DNA of 64,000 nucleotides from Rotaria socialis (Eukaryota): positions 124,001-188,000 of the forward strand of contig CAJNYD010000117.1 in assembly GCA_905331295.1 (NCBI GenBank), read 5' to 3'. The position numbers and the translations under genes were made by a program. The notes beneath the pieces are model-generated. The model was not told the DNA's origin. It ran no database searches and saw only the letters and a list, made by a program, of their open reading frames with translations. Position 1 is the stretch's first letter. Each line of letters starts with the position of its first letter. Shown in pieces: positions 54,185 to 64,000 of this stretch.

Positions 54185-56770
54185 TTATTTAAATTTTTCT
54201 CGTAATTGATGCCAACGTTGAACAATTGATGTCAATGATTCCCACATTAATTTAGAACCATATTTAACATAAAAGCTATTAAAATAAAAAAGCTATTATC
54301 CTCTTCCCCTCTTTTTTTGTTATTATTCTCTTACATTCCAAAGAAAACTCCACCTAAATGTGCTGAATGATCAAGATAACGCCATCGCATTATTGTACCG
54401 ACTATATCAAAAGATACCATTGATATTAGACCCTAAAATAGTTTCATTCTATTGAATAGTATTTTTTTTTGAAATTTTTCTTACCGTTTTAGCGGAAAAA
54501 GTTAAAAAAGGAAGAAATATAATTGCTAATTCTGCATCAGGATATTGCGTACAAATAACACCTAATATCGTCATTATTGAACCAGACTAGAAATATAAAA
54601 TAATTATTTTTTTTAATTAGGAATGTTATTACAGTTTTTTATATTCTTATGCTTAAACTCTTTGGTCAAAAGATAGTTTTATTAATGCTATGCTTCGCAT
54701 CGCATTTCTGTAGTCCGTCGCGTACGCATCCAAATTCAGTATTCTTGCGACGCGATGATCTCAAGAACGGAATTTCGTCTGATGCTCGTTGAAACGGTGC
54801 TAGTAACATTAAAATCTCTATATCATACAAATTTTGTCCGATTTCTCCGGTCGAATTCGGTTTGGGCAAAGTAAAATATGGGTCGCATATCTCAGTTAGT
54901 CGACGCGATGTAGTGAGACTTGGCCTTAATTTAGTCATAATTAAAATGACGTCATAAGCAAATGCTAGCCACACGTATGTCTGTCCGCAGCTGATTATAG
55001 ATAATGAATCATACAGATACTTAATCAATCAATCGAAACCGTTCTTTAAGAATATATCGCTAACGGTAAGTATGAATAGAGTTTTCCTAGAGATGAATTT
55101 CATCATGTCTACATTAAAAGAGTGAAATATTTCTTCGAATCGAAAATTTTTCGTAGTAGATCCGATTCGAGCTTCGAATCGCACTTCGTATACGAGTGAA
55201 ACTCGAATACCATCTAGTTTATTTTAATCTTATCAACAATAAAAATTCACATTGATTTTGCTACGTGATGCACATAAATAGAAGATTGCTTAGAGTTATG
55301 AATACTCTGTCATTTTTCTTCTTACTTATTTTGATAAACAAAAGTTATGCTTACAACAAGTCTCCATCATTTTCAGTTCAAACTAATTTTCCTTCGTTTA
55401 AAATAAAGCCCAAACATGTAAATCGATTGGCCAAGTAAAAACAAATATTTCGGCTACATTTTCCGATCTATATTTATATTCATTATTTGAAAAATCTATC
55501 GAGAAACTTAAAGAACTAAATATTAATAATTATAAATTAATCTTTTAAATAGAGATTTTTTTATATAAGACTTTGAAAGTTCGTCGACTGATTCTACTAA
55601 CATGAATCTGAAACTGTGAAAATTAAATATTCTATATTTTCATATCTCTATTTAAATATCTTTCTTAACTAGTAAAATATATAATTGAACTTTTTTGTTA
55701 TTATTTATCAGTAAATAATATTTGAATATAGAGTGTCTCATGAAGAAAAACAATTGTAACCATAATTATTGGATACGTACTGCACCTAGAGAAATATTTT
55801 GTGTTCGTGTCATTAATTTAGATACATAACTTAACCAAGAAGAAATGACACCTTCAAACAAAAATCAATCCAAAATAATGAAGTACAAGAAGATAATCTT
55901 ACCGCCGGATAGAAAAACAGCTTAAAGAAAAAAGATACAATTGAAGTTACTTTTTATTTTAAAACGAATTTGACAAACCAAAAAATTGCTCTTTTCCAAA
56001 TATTTTGATTATGGGATCACTAAATGACCATAAAACATACATATTACATAGAAAATGTATTCCATTAAAATGACTAAATGTTGATAATAACATTGAACTA
56101 ACATTTTCTATTTAAATAAAAGATTGATTATTAAAATGCATAGCTATACATTTCTGATGTAAAACAAACTTTTATAAGGAGTTGATGTAAAATATTTTAA
56201 TAAAAATGGCTCAAATCTTTTTATTCTCCATGAAAGGAAAACAATTAAATTTAATCCAATTATTGTTCCAATTGTTCGTTTAGATTCTGGAATATTATAC
56301 CAAATATTTTTCAACTAAAATTTCACTTTAAAGAAAACTATTTATTAGAAAAAAAGAAAATACTTTTGATGATATATTTTGCGATTTATCTTTCGATTGC
56401 CAATTTTCTTTTTGTCTTTTTAATTTCTTTCTATGAGACTCATATTGCCAAATAGCACATGTTACGAATGAACAGCCAACAAACTTTGAAAATGAAATTA
56501 AGATAAATATTTTAAATAAGAAAATAAAATTTATGAAAATACACTCAATGTAAATATTGTTGGTCGAATAAGAAGTGTACTTCGGTGAATTTCTTTTTCA
56601 CTTTCAATACGTAATATATTTGATTGGTCAAGATTTTGTTTTGAACGACGAAGTTTCAATTTTGATGCATTACGAGAAAATTCACGGCGACATTGTTTAA
56701 TTAATTCAAAATAAATTAATGATGAACTTTTTGATGAAGATAATATATACTTAGAAAATTTTAGCCACAT
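54185..56770 (-). CDS. PARL: Mitochondrial rhomboid intramembrane serine protease (PARL/rhomboid-7), ~333 aa
   Basis: Exons: 56543-56770, 56364-56483, 56170-56314, 55979-56107, 55903-55920, 55781-55851, 54485-54586, 54335-54432, 54185-54275 (1,002 nt). Basic, Ser-rich presequence, then [14 protein letters not shown]...[25 protein letters not shown] (catalytic Ser) and DHSAHLGG (catalytic His). Confidence 0.92.
54677..55219 (+). mobile_element. Candidate Helitron/Helentron-like non-autonomous element in PARL intron 6
   Basis: T-rich start with an AATGCTATGC-TTC-GCATCGCATT hairpin and GTCCGTC. The 3' hairpin GTATACGAGT-GAA-ACTCGAATAC is followed by CATCTAGTTT. It sits in a 1.2-kb intron, whereas the other PARL introns are 49-62 bp. 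Confidence 0.5.
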
Positions 56771-58065
56771 TGTAACTTTTTTTATAGCTAACAATAGAAA
56801 ATAAACAGTGAATATAACGGTTGAATGCAGTCATGGTTATTATAGGAAGGAAAGGGGGTGGCAGTGTTTTCAATGGAAATTTTGAAACAAAGCGTATAGT
56901 ACAGTTTACTTCTGCTTGGTACAATTGCTATTTGAAACAAAGTTGATGGGGGGGATAGATATATATTTCTATACATTTCGATCAACCAATTAAACATTTT
57001 ATTTTAGCTACATTGATCGCAACCGACATCTTTAGTTATCTGGCAACATAATTAATCATCCCATGAGTATATATGTTGCATTGTAGTTGCTTTAAATAAT
57101 TTAAGTAGTAACTACATGATGATGATCAGAATAAAATTAGCACAGCTGATATTTAAAATTTGTCTTTCAACAAAACAATAGGCACATTTACGTGCCAGAT
57201 AGGAACAATATTGTGCAGGTTATGCGAGTATGGGGGTTACGAGAGATGACACAGTCGAAATTTTTCTTAAATCTGCAAAATTGATTGATGGTGACTATAG
57301 AACAATTGCTGATTCAAAATTATCTGAAGTTACTTTGTGCCTCGACATTATTATTGCAAAGAAATATCAGTTATTATAATTCTACTATAAGACAATTTCA
57401 TATTGAAAAGTTATCTCGAATTTTTCATTAGTTTAACGAATTGATTGACAGCGGAGGGTTAAGTTGCTAATTTTACCTACGTCCAATATTGAAAGTAAGG
57501 GTGTGGGCTGTTGGTGTAGAGATTATCCAACTAGCTATAAAAGTACCCACAACATCAAGATAGAAGTGTTAATAAAATAATTAAAACAGTATTTTGATTA
57601 AATTCTATTTTTAGCTGCCTCCTAAGAAAGAAAACAGTTTTCCTTTAAGTTATTGGAATGCATAGGAAGAAAATATTGTATTTGCTTACATATTTTTCTA
57701 TATTTAGAAGTACCTTTCAGTCTTCAATTACGTTTTTGATGGAAATAGTTCTCAGTGAAATTACGACAAATTGTTCTGCAAGTTTCTAGATTCAATCAAA
57801 AAAATATTTTGAATATTTTTGAGAAAAAGAAAACATTTTGAAAATCTTCAGATCTGTTCCTTATTAAACTGTACATCGGCAATAGGAAAACTAGGAAAGT
57901 TAGACAGAGACAAATTTCGAAAAAAAGAACCGTTTACTGTTAATAGTATGCACTTGCATATTTTTTGCAGATCATATGATCCACTATTCCCAGTAAGAGC
58001 GTCACTATAGTCGCGCAAGCTTTTTCTTGACGAGGAGGGGGTAGCTGCCTGTTACTACCCCCTTA

Positions 58066-58399
58066 CAGTGGCGGCGGAGCCATTGAGACAGGTGAGGCTT
58101 GAGCCTCACCTAGTTTTCAGTAGATGAGGCTCAGCCTCACCTAGATTTCGCAATATGAGACTCAGCCTCACTTGCTTTTGTACTGAATATTGCTATTTTC
58201 TTGTTCTTGCATCAGAGTAGAAGCAAAGAAAACTAGTTTTCGGTATTTTCCAATCTTCTTTTGTTATACTGACCATTTTCATTTTTGCTGAAGTTCAATA
58301 AAAAAAAAACTTATTTACTACTTGATGTTTCATAAAATTCCACGGTAGCAAAAAAATATGATGAGCCTCACCTAGCTTAATGACGCTCCGCCGCCCCTG
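58066..58399. mobile_element. hAT-type MITE
   Basis: CAGTGGCGGCGGAGC...GCTCCGCCGCCCCTG termini, a perfect 8-bp TSD CCCCCTTA, and repeated internal TGAGGCT/AGCCTCAC(CTAG) motifs. Confidence 0.88.
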
Positions 58400-59398
58400 C
58401 CCCCTTATTTCCCCCCTGGAGTCTTTTCTGCTTTCTCTCCCATCTTCTCTTCGCCCTTCCCTCCCACACATAAACGAATACTCACCACTGATTATGCCAT
58501 ATCCATGGATCTGAATAAATACCTAACTGTTCAATTTATTGTTCAAATTGATCTAAAAAATGAAAAAAGAAAATTTTCATTCAATTGATGCTTACTCTTC
58601 GATTGATTGCTAAATTTGGTAGATAACAGCTGCATGGTGATACTAACGCAAGTCAAACTACAAGTAGCTTACGACCATACAAGATCGTGCGTTTTCGATT
58701 TGGGTTACTCTTCAAAACATCTGTGAACTAAATGTTCTGCTTAAATTTTCACGTGTGAAATTAATGCTTGAGAAGGGCGTATATCATGATTTCTTTGTCA
58801 GATGCATAATCTTTGCTGTACGTATGCTTGAGCAATTGTAGAATGCCAGCATCGTCAACTGAGAATGGAAGACTGTTTACGAGTTATTTTTATATTTCTA
58901 ACAATATCAAATGTTTCGAATGGTTGAAATGAGTCGTCTTCGCCTTTCTGCTGTTTATCTCACACTTTTGCTTCGTGAGAGTTTCATTCATCCTTGAACT
59001 AATAGTTATATTTATGATTGCATTGTCTTTCAAATCGAGATCTATACCATTTGCATGTTAAATACAGATTAAAGTATACTATTTGATGGAGATTCTCTTA
59101 TACTTTGTTATTTTAGTTTTAAAACTAGAAGTAGATCTAAGTAGAAGGAATCGGAAGAATAATAAAGATTAGAGCATTAATTGGTCAAGATGACGAACTG
59201 AAAGGAACAATCCTCTTGTTCTGTTAACTGAATGGAATATTTAATAGTCAAAAGGTTTGTTTCAAAGACATGAGAATAAATAATGCAATTAAGTAAAACG
59301 TTTTATTTGATATTTCGATGTACAAAAGAATATATACTCAAAGATTTCAAACCATTTCAATTAAAATCGATTGTTTGCTTTTATTGGCCTTACACGCC

Positions 59399-59671
59399 TA
59401 GTGATGGGCCGTAACTCTAATGTGCAAAGCGCGTAAGAACGAAAAAAAAAGTCTGACGACGATTTCGTGCGTAAGACGTAATTTTCCTTTCCTTTCTACA
59501 CGAAATTACGAATATCTTTTAGCAAGGCACCAAAATGTAGCAGTGTGATTCCGTAATTTCGTGTAGAAAGGAAAGGAAAATTACGTCTTACGCACGCAAT
59601 AGCCGTCAGACTTTTTTTTTGTTCTTCCGCCGTTCTAATGCATTGCGCGTTAGAGTTTCGGTCCATCACTA
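59399..59671. mobile_element. Palindromic hAT-type MITE
   Basis: TAGTGATGG...CCATCACTA termini, long internal inverted arms (CGTGCGTAAGACGTAATTTTCCTTTCCTTTCTACACGAAATTACG and its reverse complement), and flanks TACACGCC / TACACGAT (6/8). Confidence 0.8.
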
Positions 59672-59947
59672 TACACGATTGCCACTGATTGGTAGATATT
59701 GTTTTGCTTTATTCACACATTCAACAAGACTTTCTCGTAGATTTGCTGTAACCCAGAAGAGAATGATAATCATAGCACATAATGTTGTATTCGTATTCAG
59801 AAGTAAAAGGCACATCCATTTGTTTGGTGAAAGATCAGGGCGAATTATGGTGATTCGTATGAAAATAACTGACGGTATATCCACAGCAGCCAATTGAGAA
59901 TTAATCAATACTATATGTCGAACTATTTTCAAGTCACAACGCGTTGA

Positions 59948-60002
59948 TTCACGTGCACTCTCGATGAAGCTTCACGTGCACTCTCAGTGAAGCTTCACGT
60001 GC
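59948..60002 (+). repeat. 23-bp tandem repeat containing CACGTG
   Basis: TTCACGTGCACTCTC(GA/AG)TGAAGC twice, plus a partial third unit. Confidence 0.8.
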
Positions 60003-60976
60003 GTAACTTACTAGACGACGATAAAGAATAAAAACAGTAATACCTGGTATAAGGGATGTTAGTGAAGTCATGTAACATAACAGACCAATATTTTTTAATG
60101 CGATAAAACATATATTCTATGTAGGAAATTTCGGCATATCACCTGTTAGATAAGCAGGAAAGCAGAAAATTCAATCAAATATCCATTGCATAAGGACTAT
60201 GGACAATTTAACACTGTTTTTTTTAGAAGTTTCAATCTCTTAATGTTTGCATATTTTTCTATAGCTTGTAGAACGAACGCATGATGTATTGCAGCTCTTG
60301 TTGCATGATGAATGTAGGCACGTAATGAACAAAGAGAGTCAACATTAACAATAGGTTGTTGATCTCAAGTAAACATGTAGATAGCTATTGCAAAGTAGTC
60401 ACAAGAATATAAGAAAACGGTACGAATTGTGTTGCAAGCGAATAGAGTAGGAAAATTGAAACATCGACGTCGATAAACAGTAGGAATCACAAGAAAAGCA
60501 AAGCTCGAAAGACTAACGAAGCAACTGTGAAATATATATATATATATATATTCGATTAATAACAAGAACTATATCCATCATGGTCAAGTCGAGTCGAGTG
60601 CTTTGCCTGGATGGTTAATGTGAGATAATTTCAAACTGAAAAATCTTGAATGAGAAATACTCTTCGAGCTGGGTACACTAGTTTTTGAGCGAAAAGTGTC
60701 TGCTCGTTCTGCATGTATGCCACAGGAGTGGGAGCATGAAAAATAAATGTAATGCAAATAAAACATGCTTCTCTTTATGAAAAAGCAGCTCACGCTCTTT
60801 GAGGGAAATATCATAGACGAGTTTCGTTGCACATGGACGACTCAGATATGTTATAGCATGTAGATGTAGACTTCAAGACATAAAATGTTTCGATTATCTG
60901 TGACAATGCACTGCATCAAATGATAAAGTGAAGCGTTCTAATAGTAATGACACTATCAGATAAATGACGTTGATTA

Positions 60977-61051
60977 GCTGGGGATAGCGTCGTGATTCTA
61001 TGCATCTGATTCTTAGTCAGACAGGAGAAGGTTCGATTCTTTCCCCCGGCT
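60977..61051 (+). tRNA. tRNA-Lys(CTT)-like cloverleaf (atypical tRNA, pseudogene or SINE head)
   Basis: Acceptor GCTGGGG/CCCCGGC, D stem GCGT/ATGC, anticodon stem TCTGA/TCAGA with loop TT-CTT-AG, and T arm GAAGG-TTCGATT-CTTTC. There is an extra A before U8, no GG in the D loop, and no immediate oligo-T terminator. Confidence 0.6.
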
Positions 61052-61988
61052 CGGTGTCTTCGGAGTCAAGATATACGGTATCGAAAGAATAAGCAAAGGA
61101 AGAACAGCAATGCACGTCAACCGCATCATCACTACCTCGATTTCGATTTTCGCTCTATTCGTTTTCTCTTCTTTGTCATTTTTTCTCTTTTTGTTATCGT
61201 AGTCTTATCTGTCGACTTGTTTCGTAAGCGTCCGCAAAATTGTACAAAAGTCACAAAAAAATGTATGGATGTCACGAATAAAATTCAGCATAATTAAGAA
61301 AAAAAAGACGTTGATTGGTCTAAAGACTTCGGTCTCCAATACTAGTTTCAAGGGACATTTTTAAATTAAAAATGCATTGAAATCACAGTTGTGTTACTTT
61401 GTAAATATTATTGACAAGCCGTGGTAAATATATTCTCAACATGTATTTCAGTTGTCTGTTTTGTTTCAGTGTCTATGTTTCTTCCTTGGTGAATTCTATT
61501 AATTATGGAAGAAATCAGTTCGATTTATGATTATAGTTTTTACATTTCTCCACCTTGGAAGAAATTTTCAACTTTCTTACCAACCTTGATTAATCAAAAA
61601 TAAATACCTTGCTTTCATGCTGCGACACTACACGTTTTTATCCGTCTCTATTTTGCTTGGAAGTCGTACCGACGTCGTCAATACGTTGAAAAATCAACAG
61701 AACTCGATGAATCATCTTCATAGTCATATATCAAGCAAAACTGCAATCCCATTAATTATCTTACCCTTTTGATGCTTGTGAATCTGAATTTTCACGTTAA
61801 GTTCTAATAAAACCGATTCAGTAGTATATCTTGTTTATACTCTTCCGCAGACATGAGTCATGCAGTGTATTGTTTTGTATAGCATTTTTCCTTCCTACAC
61901 ATGCACGTACTGTGTTTAAAGCTACTATTATCGATGAATACTTTCTGCATATAATTTTTATGTGTATTTTAGAAGCTTAGATATATCT

Positions 61989-63966
61989 ATGGAACACTTC
62001 AAACGTCAGCAAGATGATATTTTTCATCATGGCGATGATAGTAAAAGAAAAAAGATTCGAAGCAACATTAATGATTCGTGAGTCATCCAATGATATTATT
62101 TGAACTAAATCTATTTTTTTTACAGTTTATCACAAACTAGCACTACGACATGTTTTGAACATCTTTCTAATGAACTTATGTATGAAATATTTGAATTTCT
62201 GGATTATTTTCATGTATATGAGGCGTTTTTCAATATGAATTTACGATTTCGTAACCTTATTAGCAATTCAAGTCTCCCTATTAAAATCAAAGTTTCATCA
62301 ATATCTAAATCAGCTTATCAGCGATATTATACAGACATTATAATGCCTCATGCCAATCAAATAAGTTCAATTCATTTATCAAACGTATTCATTTATGATA
62401 TTGTATCTTCACCTATTCGCATCCTACCAGAGTTTCGTCAACTTCAACGACTTATTCTTGATAATATTAAATCTAAATGTCTGACACAAATTCTTCTCGA
62501 ATTATTTTCTTTTCCCGGTCTCTCTTCATTGACTATTGACTCTTATGATAATATTAAAAATAAGAATTTTATCTATCATCAAATATTTCGTTTACCTGCA
62601 TTAAAATATTGCAAACTGTCCTTACATGGATGTGCTAGTGATGATAATCCATTACCACTCGTTACAAATGAATGCAGTTCAATCGAACATTTTATAATCA
62701 ATCATGGCATTTACTTGAATGAAATGAATGGTTTGTTATCATATACTCCTCAACTTCGTTGTTTTTCTGCACAACTTGGACGAATATATTCGATGAAAAA
62801 GACAACAATAGATCCACCTACACTAAATCATTTGACACATGTGTTTCTTGAACTAGGTGACATAAGTTTTAGTGAATTTGAGCAGCTGGCTATTGATTTT
62901 TTCTCTAGAATTCAAGTTTTACGTATTTCGCTAAAATATCATAGAGATACGGAATATAGAGATAATAATAGATGGGAACAATTAATATCATCTCGTATGT
63001 TAAATTTACGTATATTCGATATTCGACACGAAAGTTGGGCTATCAATGTTGCTGCTAACAATAATAATAGTAATAATGGTCCGATAATATTCGATGGTCT
63101 GATCAATCAGTTTATATCTCCGTTTTGGATCGAACGAAAATGGTTTTTTGCCGTTCAATATATTCAGTCAGAGTTTCGAAATCGGGAAATATTCTACTCA
63201 ACGAATCCGTATAGGTATCAGCAGATGTGATATTTGCTCAGTCATAGAGTACATATTATTTGTATTTTTTAGAAGAAAACATTACACATTATATAAAAAA
63301 TCCAATGAAGAGAGGTATTTAAACGATTGTGAAACTAATATTCAGTCAGTTCATCATCTTCATATTGAAAGTGAAAAAGAAACGATCAATTGTATGAATT
63401 ATTTTCCAAATGTCACTGAACTTACTGTCGCATATGGTTTTTCGACAAACAGTCATTCATTTTCAACGATTCTCAATCGTATTATACCTTTGAAACAACT
63501 CTCTAAACTAGTTCTTGAATGTCACCATATCTCGTTTATGAAGCTCATCGAATTATTACGTTTTACACCTAATATTCGCGCATTAGTATTTCAATCGATG
63601 CCATTTTATAGGGATGATTATATGTCAATTCAGCAAAGTGAAACTTTTCGATTAGTATCCACTACAAATAAGATTACGAACGTGACTTTCAAAGACGCTA
63701 GTACATTAGAAAAGACTAGACTACTTATTGCTTTATGTCCTCAATTGCAGTATCTTTCCATAAAGACTCGGATGAAATATTTGGAATCAATAACAAGACT
63801 TCTATTAAAAAGTACTAATAAAAATACTGGCCATTTGTGCTCGTTGTGCTTTTTAGAGACGTCAAATAGATGGTTCGCAAATGTGAGTGATCTTATCATC
63901 TCCGAGATGCTACTCGATGATTATATGTTAAAACTGGTCGACTCAAAATTATACTTGTGGTGGTAA
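61989..63966 (+). CDS. F-box domain / LRR-like protein, ~623 aa
   Basis: Exons 61989-62077, 62126-63214, 63273-63966 (1,872 nt). FEHLSNELMYEIFEFL (F-box), LRR-like LxxLxL repeats, RWEQLI, FISPFWIERKWFF, and the ending YLWW*. Confidence 0.85.
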
Positions 63967-64000
63967 GGTTGAAGTATAGATATAGAAAAATATTTTACTC

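Noticed and set aside
57230..57560. Possible transposon end remnant upstream of PARL
   Set aside because: No matching second terminus or TSD was found.

Overview
AT-rich, intron-dense eukaryotic (metazoan) genomic DNA with many ~50-60 bp GT-AG introns. Gene content and repeat families suggest a bdelloid rotifer, but this is inference only. Genes reconstructed by hand: a 19-exon, ~4,120-aa Fat-like protocadherin (-), two divergently transcribed paralogous class A peptide-type GPCRs, a secreted MAM-like/mucin protein, an intron-containing GH78 alpha-L-rhamnosidase (probable horizontal acquisition), an SLC16/MCT transporter, a 9-exon mitochondrial rhomboid PARL that the ORF track almost entirely misses, and one intact plus one pseudogenised F-box/LRR-like gene. 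The window also holds a decayed Pol-beta-type nucleotidyltransferase gene split by a Helentron-like insertion, a tRNA-Lys(CTT)-like cloverleaf, and many non-autonomous DNA transposons (hAT-type with 8-bp TSDs, CACTA/CMC-like with 2-bp TSDs, a foldback element, and DINE-1/HINE-like rolling-circle elements), several of them nested. No CRISPR array, rRNA or transposase ORF was recognised. Splice models are manual, and no database searches were run.
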